Counted from the first letter of the stretch, positions 28,978 to 37,381 are shown. The stretch is 64,000 nt of DNA from an uncultured Chitinophagaceae bacterium (GCA_964236235.1 CAXSDW010000003.1:22100-86099); one strand, 5' to 3'. Program-made: numbers and translations. Notes: generated by a model not told the origin, from the letters alone.

Positions 28978-30837
28978 ATGCTGGCAAAGGAAACCAAGGA
29001 AGTTTTTGATGACGATAAATGGCTGTTCGAAATTAAATGGGACGGTTACAGGGCTATTTCTGAAATTGAAAATGGTAACGTCAGGCTCTATTCACGCAAT
29101 GGAATTACGTTCGAAAACTCCTATCCTGTTGTTGCCAGAGAATTAAAAAATATAAAAGAGAATTGTGTGCTGGATGGTGAGATAGTTGTGCTTAATGATG
29201 AAGGCCATCCTGAATTTCAGCTTTTGCAGCATTATGAAGATAATACACACCGGCCCATCCAATACTGTGTATTTGACCTGTTATCACTTAATGGAAATGA
29301 TACCTGCTCTTTGGCTTTAGTAGAAAGAAAGGAATTGCTGAAAAGGATAATTGAAAAGAATGATGTAATAAAATATTCTGATCACATTTTTGGAACAGGA
29401 AAATCATTTTTTGAAGTAACAAAAGAGCAAGGCCTTGAAGGAATAATGGCAAAAAAAAGCGACAGCCAATATTACAAAGGAAGACGAACCAGTGAATGGC
29501 TGAAAATAAAACACAATCAAACACAGGAAGCCATCATAGCAGGATACACATCACCTGGCGGAGGCAGAAAATATTTTGGCGCTTTGGTGTTGGCTATAAA
29601 AGATGGAAATAAACTTAAGTATATTGGTCATACAGGCTCAGGTTTTAATAACAAATCATTAAAAGAAATGTATGAAACCTTGCAGCCATTGGTGCAGGAA
29701 GAATCTCCATTTGATGAGAAGGTAAAAACCAATATGCCGGTAACATGGGTGAAACCTAAGCTCGTTTGCGAAATCAAATTCACTGAAGTAACTAATGATG
29801 GCAAATTAAGACACCCAATATTTCTTCATTTAAGAGAAGACAAATCAGTTAAAGAAGTAACCATGGCAAATACAAAAGCAATCACAAAATCACAGTCAGA
29901 AAAAGAAAAAGGTGATGAAAAAAATGATAAATCAAAAGTTTACACATTTGGAAAAATAAAAGTTGCTACATCAAACCCAACTAAAATTTATTTTCCTGAT
30001 GATGGAGTTACTAAAGGCGATGTAATTGAATATTATATTTCTATGAGTGAGTATATCTTACCTTATTTAAAAGGCCGTCCGGAATCACTTTTAAGAAACC
30101 CGAATGGCATAAATGCCAAAGGTTTTTTTCATAAAGATGCAGGAGAAGAAGCGCCGTCTTTTGTAAAAAGTAAAAAGGTACATTCTGATTCCGGGAACAA
30201 AGACATTGACTATATACTTTGTGATAACCAGGCAACACTTACTTACCTTAATAACCTTGGTTGCATCGAGATTAATCCATGGCATTCAACTGTTGAAGCG
30301 CTTGATTATCCTGATTATCTCATTATTGATATTGATCCGTCTGACCAAAATACTTTTGAGCAGGTGATAGAAGCAGCCAATGTTGTTAAACAGGTTTTAG
30401 ATAAAGCCGGCGCTGCTGCTTATTGTAAAACCTCCGGAGCATCCGGCTTACACATATATGTACCTACTGCAAAAAAATATACGTATGACCAGGTGAAAGA
30501 TTTTGCTTACCTCGTGTGCATGCTGGCTAATGAGCAGCTTCCTGAGTTTACCACATTGGAAAGAAATTTACAGAAAAGAGGGAACCGGCATATATACATG
30601 GATTATCTGCAAAACAGGAGAGGTCAAACTATTGCTTCGGTTTATAGCCTTAGGCCAAAAGCAGGTGCAACGGTGTCTACCCCGCTATTATGGAAAGAAG
30701 TTAAGAGTGGGTTATCTCCTAAAAACTTTAATATAAAAAATACTTTAGAAAGGGTAAAAAAGACCGGAGATATGTTTAAAGATATTTTGGGAAAGGGAAT
30801 AGACCTTAATAAATGCCTTAAGAAACTTGATGGTTAA
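28978..30837 (+). CDS. ligD: LigD ATP-dependent ligase plus primase-polymerase domains
   Basis: WLFEIKWDGYRA (motif I), EGIMAKK, LRHP, IIDIDP, KTSGASGLHI, DYLQN, TPL.W.EV. Confidence 0.95.
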   Translation: MLAKETKEVFDDDKWLFEIKWDGYRAISEIENGNVRLYSRNGITFENSYPVVARELKNIKENCVLDGEIVVLNDEGHPEFQLLQHYEDNTHRPIQYCVFDLLSLNGNDTCSLALVERKELLKRIIEKNDVIKYSDHIFGTGKSFFEVTKEQGLEGIMAKKSDSQYYKGRRTSEWLKIKHNQTQEAIIAGYTSPGGGRKYFGALVLAIKDGNKLKYIGHTGSGFNNKSLKEMYETLQPLVQEESPFDEKVKTNMPVTWVKPKLVCEIKFTEVTNDGKLRHPIFLHLREDKSVKEVTMANTKAITKSQSEKEKGDEKNDKSKVYTFGKIKVATSNPTKIYFPDDGVTKGDVIEYYISMSEYILPYLKGRPESLLRNPNGINAKGFFHKDAGEEAPSFVKSKKVHSDSGNKDIDYILCDNQATLTYLNNLGCIEINPWHSTVEALDYPDYLIIDIDPSDQNTFEQVIEAANVVKQVLDKAGAAAYCKTSGASGLHIYVPTAKKYTYDQVKDFAYLVCMLANEQLPEFTTLERNLQKRGNRHIYMDYLQNRRGQTIASVYSLRPKAGATVSTPLLWKEVKSGLSPKNFNIKNTLERVKKTGDMFKDILGKGIDLNKCLKKLDG

Positions 30838-31234
30838 CACGGGAACGTGAAAATATTCGCTTAAGAATATTTCCTTTTTTAGGAGAGTTAGTGCTATTGG
30901 AGCCAGCTTTAGCAACCAATGAGGTAACGCCAAACTGTAAAGCAGTGCCTGCTAATCTTTTTAAAAGTCCGGCAGATCTTCCTATTACTAATTTTTGTGA
31001 CAAGTAACCTGCGCCTAAACCAAGAGCAACATTTAAAAGATTATGACGAAACTTTGGCGATGCGGAAACCTCGGTTAAAGTATTTTTTAAAAGATTTGCA
31101 GGTTTATAAGTTTCATAAGTTTCGTGAAACTCGTATTTCAGTGCAGCTTCTTCTATATCTTTCCTTTTTTCGAGATCAGCTATTGCATTTTTAAGATCTT
31201 CCGAATTGTGTATATTATGTAACTTTTTACTCAT
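30818..31234 (-). CDS. Hypothetical membrane-anchored protein, third gene of the YtxH/holin-like trio
   Basis: Coiled-coil N-terminus (LKNAIADLE) and GLGAGYL hydrophobic segment; co-oriented with its neighbours. Confidence 0.6.
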   Translation of the reverse strand: MSKKLHNIHNSEDLKNAIADLEKRKDIEEAALKYEFHETYETYKPANLLKNTLTEVSASPKFRHNLLNVALGLGAGYLSQKLVIGRSAGLLKRLAGTALQFGVTSLVAKAGSNSTNSPKKGNILKRIFSRSRVNHQVS

Positions 31235-31254
31235 TATTCAGGGTACTTAAAAAA

Positions 31255-31596
31255 CTAATCAATTAATTCTTTTACCATCATATTAATAACAGGTTTTTTC
31301 ACCCATTTTTCCCTGTTCTTCAACAAAATAAATCCGATAACAGCGTATAAAGCAGCTACGATAAAAAAACCATAATAAGATTTGCCTAACAGGTCGCCAA
31401 TCAAAAGTGCCAGTGCTACATTAAAAAGCATAAAAAAAAGCACAAATACTACGAACACTACCAGGTAGGTAATTAATACTGAAATAAAACCAGAGGATTT
31501 ATCAATAGCTTTTAACTTCAATAAATCAATCCTTGTTTCAATATAATTACGCGTTCTTTCTACCAATGATTCAATAGAACTTCTATTATTTTCCAT
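31255..31596 (-). CDS. Phage-holin-superfamily-III-like (YqjE-type) membrane protein
   Basis: YIETRIDLLKLKAIDK..., two TMs, GFFIVAALY; start MENN at 31596 preferred. Confidence 0.7.
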   Translation of the reverse strand: MENNRSSIESLVERTRNYIETRIDLLKLKAIDKSSGFISVLITYLVVFVVFVLFFMLFNVALALLIGDLLGKSYYGFFIVAALYAVIGFILLKNREKWVKKPVINMMVKELID

Positions 31597-31659
31597 TGGT
31601 ATAGTTTCTTTTATGTCCTGACTTTTATACGCTGCCACCGGAAGATTATTTAGTTGTAA

Positions 31660-31977
31660 CTAGGAGTTCATGTTATTTCTGATATCTGAATTCATGGTGT
31701 CTGCTTTCATCGCATTGCCTTTATCTTTGGCCTGGTTAAGCATATCCCGTCCTTCAGATGCTAATCCTGATATTTTTTCTTTAGCCGCGTCATATTTTTC
31801 AGAAATTACATCAGAATACTGATTGTATTTATCTTTTACTGAATCGGCAAGATCAGAACCTTTTTCAGATAATTTTCTCCTGGTTTCTGTGCCACGATCA
31901 GGGGCAAATAGTATCCCGAGGATTGCGCCTGCAGCGGCACCGGCTAAAACACTTGCTAATACTTTACCTGAGCTCAT
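31660..31977 (-). CDS. YtxH domain protein
   Basis: VLAGAAAGAILGILFAPDRG.ETRRKL signature. Confidence 0.9.
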   Translation of the reverse strand: MSSGKVLASVLAGAAAGAILGILFAPDRGTETRRKLSEKGSDLADSVKDKYNQYSDVISEKYDAAKEKISGLASEGRDMLNQAKDKGNAMKADTMNSDIRNNMNS

Positions 31978-32024
31978 AATTATAATTTTATTGATTTAAA
32001 ATAAGAATTGTTTCCAATAAGCAT

Positions 32025-32039
32025 ATAAATATTTTGCCA
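32025..32039 (-). promoter_or_regulatory. sigma54 -24/-12-like element upstream of ytxH
   Basis: TGGCA-AAATAT-TTAT, 48 nt before the ATG. Confidence 0.5.
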
Positions 32040-32208
32040 AAGTTTATTTGCTGTCGTTTTACTCTAAAAGCTAATAATTGAAGCAGTTATAAATGCCGGA
32101 CACATTTGCAATGAGTATTTTTTTTCCCACTCTGAGGAAGATATTTATGGTTTCTTTAATTAAGATTTTGTTTGGTGTAATAACGCTACATTATTATCAT
32201 AATTTTAT

Positions 32209-32223
32209 TGGCATAATCTTTTT
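32209..32223 (+). promoter_or_regulatory. sigma54 -24/-12-like element upstream of the yciF remnant
   Basis: TGGCA-TAATCT-TTTT, 41 nt before ATG 32264. Confidence 0.45.
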
Positions 32224-32263
32224 AAGGTAGAAATAAATCATTGATCATTTTAAATTAATTTTC

Positions 32264-32399
32264 ATGGAAAAACCAAAATCCAAAAGCAAATATTCTTCTT
32301 CAGCTAATAGATCAAACGCTTACAGAAGAAAAACAAACAGATGAATTATTGACAAGCAGTGCTGAAATTAATATCAATTTGAAGGCAGTTCAGGATTAA
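32264..32399 (+). pseudogene. Remnant of a YciE/YciF (DUF892) ferritin-like stress protein
   Basis: ATG start MEKPKSKSK; the +1 frame reads LLQLIDQTLTEEKQTDELLTSSAEININLKAVQD*, matching the DUF892 terminal helix TL.EEK.TD..LT..A...N.KA. Confidence 0.7.
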
Positions 32400-32445
32400 T
32401 TTGAGCTTATAGATTACTTAAATTTATATCATTAAAGTTAAATTA

Positions 32446-32479
32446 AAAAGCCAGGTAATAGTTAAGTTACCTGGCTTTT
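32446..32479. terminator. Bidirectional intrinsic terminator
   Basis: AAAAGCCAGGTAA-8 nt-TTACCTGGCTTTT, perfect 13-bp inverted repeat. Confidence 0.8.
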
Positions 32480-32500
32480 AAATATCTCTAAATTTTAAGG

Positions 32501-32785
32501 TTGGAAAAATTTTTAAATGGCAATGGTTTTATTCAGCTGATTGGATTAGTAGCCGGCATTTTAACTTCTTTATCTCTGATGCCTCAGTTAATAAAAACAT
32601 ATAAAACTAAAAAAGCTGAAGAAATTTCGTTTGTAATGCTTTTAACCTTACTTATAGGTGTTGGTCTTTGGATTTATTATGGCACATTGAGAAGTGATTT
32701 ACCGATAATTATTACCAATTCATTTTCATTTTTATTAAATGTTATTTTAATAGGCATGAGAATTAAATACCGGAAGAATAAGTAG
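32501..32785 (+). CDS. SemiSWEET / PQ-loop transporter
   Basis: IGLVAGILTS.SLMPQLIKT.KTK.A..IS, LWIYYG, PII.TN; 3 TMs. Confidence 0.88.
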   Translation: MEKFLNGNGFIQLIGLVAGILTSLSLMPQLIKTYKTKKAEEISFVMLLTLLIGVGLWIYYGTLRSDLPIIITNSFSFLLNVILIGMRIKYRKNK

Positions 32786-32869
32786 AATTTAATCACGATC
32801 ATTAAATAACGTTCATTAAAACATAATTGTAATTTTTTAAGTATGTACTTTCCCAAATAAAAAAACAAC

Positions 32870-33358
32870 ATGAAAAACAGATCAGATCTTGCCCCATTTT
32901 TTAATAAATTTTCAAATATTGTAACCAGGGCTACAGGCACACCTTTGGCTTTTATCCTGGCACTTTTGGTAATTATAATTTGGGGTGTTACAGGCCCGTT
33001 ATTTCATTTTTCTGATACCTGGCAATTAGTAATAAATACAGGTACAACGGTGATTACTTTTTTAATGGTATTTGTTATTCAACATTCTCAAAATAAAGAT
33101 ACAAAGGCAATACAATTAAAATTAAACGAACTAATAGCTGCCAATTGTGATGCAAGCAACCGGCTGGTGAATATTGAAGATCTTACAGATAAAGAACTGG
33201 AAGTAATTAAGAAATTTTACATTCATCTTTCTCAGAGCGCAAAAGCGGAGAGCGACGTGTTTGCAACCCATTCACTTGATGAAGCAACACAAAATAATGT
33301 AAATAAAAACAGGGGTAAACTTAAATCTAAAAATAAAAATAATCAACATGCAACGTAA
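32870..33358 (+). CDS. Low-affinity iron permease (Fet4-like) family protein
   Basis: W..TGP.F.FSDTWQLVINTGTT..TFLMVF.IQ..QN.D..AIQLKLNELI. Confidence 0.9.
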   Translation: MKNRSDLAPFFNKFSNIVTRATGTPLAFILALLVIIIWGVTGPLFHFSDTWQLVINTGTTVITFLMVFVIQHSQNKDTKAIQLKLNELIAANCDASNRLVNIEDLTDKELEVIKKFYIHLSQSAKAESDVFATHSLDEATQNNVNKNRGKLKSKNKNNQHAT

Positions 33359-33518
33359 CAAAACCTTACTTTATTCATTATTAGTAATTATTATTTTTGC
33401 AACAAGCAGCTGCCAGGCTATTGGCGATGTTTTTAAAACAGGAGTTTGGGCAGGTGTAATTTTAGTAGTAGTGGTTATTGCTTTAATTTTTTGGTTAATA
33501 AACCGGGCAAAAAAATAA
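33348..33518 (+). CDS. 56-aa lipoprotein-like membrane protein (not in the ORF track)
   Basis: MQRNKTLLYSLLVIIIFATSSCQAIGDVFKTGVWAGVILVVVVIALIFWLINRAKK; lipobox-like TSSC plus a TM helix; overlaps the Fet4 stop. Confidence 0.75.
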   Translation: MQRNKTLLYSLLVIIIFATSSCQAIGDVFKTGVWAGVILVVVVIALIFWLINRAKK

Positions 33519-33694
33519 AATTATAAAGCATAAGCAGTTAGTATTTTTGATTATATCTCTCCTTTAAGTTAGTCCACCTAAGCTGGTATTTATTTATGAT
33601 TTAACTTTTCAGCGTTACTTCATAAGATATTTTAGGCGTAACTATACATTAACCTGTTATGTGTGGCTTAATTGATTATTGATATAATTAAAGT

Positions 33695-35104
33695 ATGCTA
33701 ACTAATATAGTAGATAAAATTGCGGATAGAGTAAGGTGGAGATATCTTATTGCATTTATTCTTTTGCTTACTTCTTATGTACTTACTTTTTATACTACGC
33801 AAAGATTATTAGACCAGGCTAAATTAGTTAATCACACTAATAGTGTTTTAAATAATCTTGATTTACTGATCTCTACCGTAAAGGATGCTGACTTTTCCTT
33901 TGGAGAGTATGTTATTGCAAAAGATGAACGGTTTTTAGATGCTTATAAAAGCAGCGAATCAACCATAGATTCACTTTTTAAAGCGCTTGAAAACCTTGTA
34001 ACTGATAATAAGTTACAAGTTAAACGGCTTGATACTCTTCATCTCTTAATACAACAAAAATATGCCCTTGTATCAACAGCTCATTCGCTTTTTAGAGAGA
34101 ATAATTACCAGGTAACAGACGCATTAAAAATTACCAGTTATAGCAGCAAACATAAGATGGATGAAATACGCCATTTAATGTTGAAAATGCAAAATGAAGA
34201 AAATGTTTTGATGTTAAAAAGATCAGGCAGGCTTTCATCATTCTCTGATTTTATTAAAACAATTAATATTGCTTCTCTTATCGTTGCGATACTATTAACT
34301 TTTTATTCCATCATAACTTTTACCAAGGAAAACAGGGCAAAAAAAGAAGCCGATTATAACGCAAAAGAATTTAGAAGACAACTTGAATTACGCATTAAAG
34401 AATTAGATGCTTTAAATAAAGAATTATTAGAATTAAAAAGCATAGAAAAATTTGCCGTTACCGGAAGAATCTCCAGAACTATTGCTCATGAAGTAAGAAA
34501 TCCTTTAACCAATATAAGCCTTGCAGCTGAGCAAATTCGCTCAGAAGTGCCGCCTAATCCGGAAATAGATTTATTGTTAGATATGATTACACGAAACGGT
34601 AACAGGATTAATCAACTGATAAGCGATCTTTTAAATTCAACAAAAATTACACAACTAAATTTTTCAAAAGTTTCTTTAAATGATTTGTTGGATGCAAGCC
34701 TGGAATTTGCCCAGGACAGGATTGAATTAAAAGGAATTAAGGTAATTAAAAATTATACGCCTGATCTATGCGATATATTAGCTGATACTGAAAAATTAAA
34801 AATCGCTTTCTTAAATATCATCGTTAATGCAATTGAGGCAATGGAAGCTAATGATGGAATTCTTCTAATAAAAACTGCACATAAAGACGGACGCTGTGTT
34901 GCCGCCATCACTGATAACGGCAGGGGCATGAGTAAAGAACATCTTTCAAAACTATTTGAGCCCTATTTTACCACAAAAGAAAATGGAACCGGGCTTGGTC
35001 TTGCCCATACGCAAAATATTATTATTGGCCACAAAGCCAATATACAGGTTGAAAGTGAAATCAGCAAAGGCACCACTTTTACAATCACATTAAATTACGG
35101 GTAA
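33695..35104 (+). CDS. CHASE3-type NtrB-like sensor histidine kinase
   Basis: Two TMs around a V.HT..VL..L..L periplasmic domain; IAHEVRNPL, NIIVNAIEA, DNGRGM, FEPYFTTKE.GTGLGL. Confidence 0.9.
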   Translation: MLTNIVDKIADRVRWRYLIAFILLLTSYVLTFYTTQRLLDQAKLVNHTNSVLNNLDLLISTVKDADFSFGEYVIAKDERFLDAYKSSESTIDSLFKALENLVTDNKLQVKRLDTLHLLIQQKYALVSTAHSLFRENNYQVTDALKITSYSSKHKMDEIRHLMLKMQNEENVLMLKRSGRLSSFSDFIKTINIASLIVAILLTFYSIITFTKENRAKKEADYNAKEFRRQLELRIKELDALNKELLELKSIEKFAVTGRISRTIAHEVRNPLTNISLAAEQIRSEVPPNPEIDLLLDMITRNGNRINQLISDLLNSTKITQLNFSKVSLNDLLDASLEFAQDRIELKGIKVIKNYTPDLCDILADTEKLKIAFLNIIVNAIEAMEANDGILLIKTAHKDGRCVAAITDNGRGMSKEHLSKLFEPYFTTKENGTGLGLAHTQNIIIGHKANIQVESEISKGTTFTITLNYG

Positions 35105-35116
35105 CAAATAATTACT

Positions 35117-36250
35117 TTAATTAATAGTTGAACTATCCACTTTCTTGGTTTTTTTCAAATTTCTCAGCCGGCTGTATAATTTATATTTTTGTAAAGGTGT
35201 TATATCATCTCCCAACAACATTCCCCAGGGTTTTAAATCGTCTACCTGGTCACAAATAATTTTTATTAAAGCTACAGCCGGTACTGATAGAAACAGTCCT
35301 GATAAACCCGTTAAAGCGCCGCCAATAATTACTCCCAGGATGGATATTAATGCATTTATTCTCACTTTTGAACCTACAACTTTAGGCATCAGAATATTTA
35401 CATCAATTATATGAATGCCGTACATAACTATTATTATCCATGCAATAACATTAGTATTATTTGACGTGGTAAGTGAAATTAAAATAGTAAATAAAGTTGC
35501 CGTAAACATGCCGATGTATGGAATTACATTTAATATGGCCGCCAACACACCAAAGAAAATAGCATACTTAATTCCTATAAGAGCAAGACCAATTGAATTA
35601 GAAGCCGCTACTATGGCCATTTCTATAACAAGGCCAAGCATATAATTATGAATCATGAGCTTGGATTGTTTAATAACCAAAGATACTTTATCGCCCTGCT
35701 CTCTTGTGAAAACAGCAAACAGAAATCTTCTTATCAGGTCTCTGTAATATAATATAAGGAAGGTGTAAATTGGCAAAAGAATCAACAGCATTAAAGCTTC
35801 TGTGATAGAAAAAAAAGTGTTTCTTATATAACCTGTACCAGAGTCCCTCAATTTTTCAGCAGCATTATTTAAATATTCATTCTGCTCATTAAAAGAGATG
35901 TGAAGCTTTGATTTTATCCATCCCTGTAAGGCAATAAAATGATCGCTGAGGTGTTTTTTTATTGAAGGAATGTCATCAACAAAACTGGCAATTTGTGTAG
36001 ATAAAAAATATACAATTCCGGCTAAACAAACAACTGAAAAAAGGAGCGATAATGCAATTGAGAGAACTCTTGACAAACCTTTTTTTTCAAAAAAATTTGC
36101 TAACGGTAATAATAGTACAGCTAACAAGATTGCAAAGGCAAAAGGTATCAGAATGTTTTGTGATACATTAATAAAAAAGCAAATAAAAAATATTACCAGG
36201 AACTTAAAAGCAAGCTTTACATAAAAGGGTGAGTCATTGGTGATCAACAT
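35117..36250 (-). CDS. AI-2E (PerM/YhhT) family transporter
   Basis: ILIPFAFAILLA.LL.P, LNVIPYIG, N.LMPKVVGSKV.IN, GLFL.VP. Confidence 0.9.
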   Translation of the reverse strand: MLITNDSPFYVKLAFKFLVIFFICFFINVSQNILIPFAFAILLAVLLLPLANFFEKKGLSRVLSIALSLLFSVVCLAGIVYFLSTQIASFVDDIPSIKKHLSDHFIALQGWIKSKLHISFNEQNEYLNNAAEKLRDSGTGYIRNTFFSITEALMLLILLPIYTFLILYYRDLIRRFLFAVFTREQGDKVSLVIKQSKLMIHNYMLGLVIEMAIVAASNSIGLALIGIKYAIFFGVLAAILNVIPYIGMFTATLFTILISLTTSNNTNVIAWIIIVMYGIHIIDVNILMPKVVGSKVRINALISILGVIIGGALTGLSGLFLSVPAVALIKIICDQVDDLKPWGMLLGDDITPLQKYKLYSRLRNLKKTKKVDSSTIN

Positions 36251-36262
36251 ATATATAACATT

Positions 36263-36289
36263 AAAAAGCCCTCATGATATGAGGGCTTT
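36263..36289 (-). terminator. Intrinsic terminator
   Basis: AAAGCCCTCAT-GAT-ATGAGGGCTTT inverted repeat with a U5 tract on the minus strand. Confidence 0.75.
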
Positions 36290-36525
36290 AAAGCTAATTT
36301 AGAAAAGAAAAATTGTAAAATATAATATCAGTTATTTACCATTTTACAATTTCAGTTTTTGTAACAAGATTAATTTGCAATTGTCTTAATCATCATTTTT
36401 TTCCTATTCTTGCCTTAACTTGTAATCTAATAAATCATATTCTTTATTGCCTTCTTTTGCCTGAAAATCTATTTACATAGAATTCATAACTATAAAGACA
36501 ATTGATGAAGAGATATTTAAAAGCA

Positions 36526-36681
36526 TTAAACGTCGCTTCTTCTTATCACTTTCAACAATATTGCAATTATTGCAATTACCAAAAGAATATGAATTAATCC
36601 GCCCGTATAGTAACCTCCAAAAAAACTAATTGCCCAGATGATTACCAGTATTACTGCGATAAGATATAATATGTTTCCCAT
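36526..36681 (-). CDS. lmo0937-family (DUF5670) 51-aa membrane protein (not in the ORF track)
   Basis: MGNILYLIAVILVIIWAISFFGGYYTGGLIHILLVIAIIAILLKVIRRSDV; family pattern L..IAVIL.I.W...F......G.LIH.LLV.A.I. Confidence 0.88.
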   Translation of the reverse strand: MGNILYLIAVILVIIWAISFFGGYYTGGLIHILLVIAIIAILLKVIRRSDV

Positions 36682-36729
36682 GTTAAAAAAAGATTTAGGT
36701 TAAAAAAAAATTTATACGGTTTTAAATAT

Positions 36730-36744
36730 ATAAAAATATTGCCA
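36730..36744 (-). promoter_or_regulatory. sigma54 -24/-12-like element upstream of the lmo0937-family gene
   Basis: TGGCA-ATATTT-TTAT, 49 nt before the ATG. Confidence 0.5.
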
Positions 36745-36838
36745 GAAAATTAACAAGTGCTATCTTCTTTTATTTTATCAATAATGCATTTAAAAGTAAA
36801 ACCGTCGGGGAAATAACTCTACGAAATGTGGGCAAATC

Positions 36839-37237
36839 TTAGCTATGAATATTTTCAAGTAAGCTATTTAAGGTTTTAATGATACTGTCTTTATTAAAAG
36901 GCTTTCCAATAAAGCGATCAAGGCCCCTGTTAAATGCATTCATTTTATCCTCTTTAGTATCATGAGCACTAATCATTATAATTTTAGAAAGCGGATGATC
37001 TTGTTTTATCTGGCCGATAAAGTCAACTCCAAAGCCATCGGGTAAATGATTATCCAGAAAAATAATGTCGGGCTTTTTCTCAAATAATACTCTTGTTGCA
37101 GAAGCAAGCGTAGTAACATAAGAGGTTTTAAAGTTTAATTTCCTTAAAATACTGCTCAGTAAAAAGCAAATATCTAACTCATCATCTATTATTAAAACTT
37201 CAAAATTTTTTTCTGATTCCTGATGCATCACATACAA
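36839..37237 (-). CDS. Single-domain response regulator
   Basis: LIIDDE, FLDNHLPDGFG, MISAH, KPF; no output domain. Confidence 0.9.
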   Translation of the reverse strand: MYVMHQESEKNFEVLIIDDELDICFLLSSILRKLNFKTSYVTTLASATRVLFEKKPDIIFLDNHLPDGFGVDFIGQIKQDHPLSKIIMISAHDTKEDKMNAFNRGLDRFIGKPFNKDSIIKTLNSLLENIHS

Positions 37238-37251
37238 TCTTTTTATAATTT

Positions 37252-37268
37252 AGGCAATTAATTTGCCA
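37252..37268. promoter_or_regulatory. Overlapping divergent sigma54 -24/-12 elements
   Basis: Minus strand TGGCA-AATTAA-TTGC (37268-37254, full consensus); plus strand AGGCA-ATTAAT-TTGC (37252-37266). Confidence 0.65.
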
Positions 37269-37381
37269 GTTATAAATGTTTAGTTTGTTTTTAAACGGAT
37301 AATAAATCTCCAAACATGGAATAACATCATCTAACTTCGTAATGTAACAGACAGTATTTTTGTTTAAACGAAATGTAATAA

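Noticed and set aside
30818-31977. Holin-like gene as evidence of a prophage
   Set aside because: No integrase, structural or lysin genes nearby. The YtxH / holin-III-like / membrane protein trio is a chromosomal stress-type cluster.
32752-32766. AGGCATGAGAATTAA as a sigma54 element for the Fet4-like gene
   Set aside because: It lies inside the SemiSWEET coding sequence, has a poor -12 half, and is ~100 nt from the ATG; not counted.
36390-36460. CsbD-like remnant in the minus-strand frame DFQAKEGNKEYDLLDYKLRQE
   Set aside because: Resemblance is vague, bounded by stops, and has no start codon.
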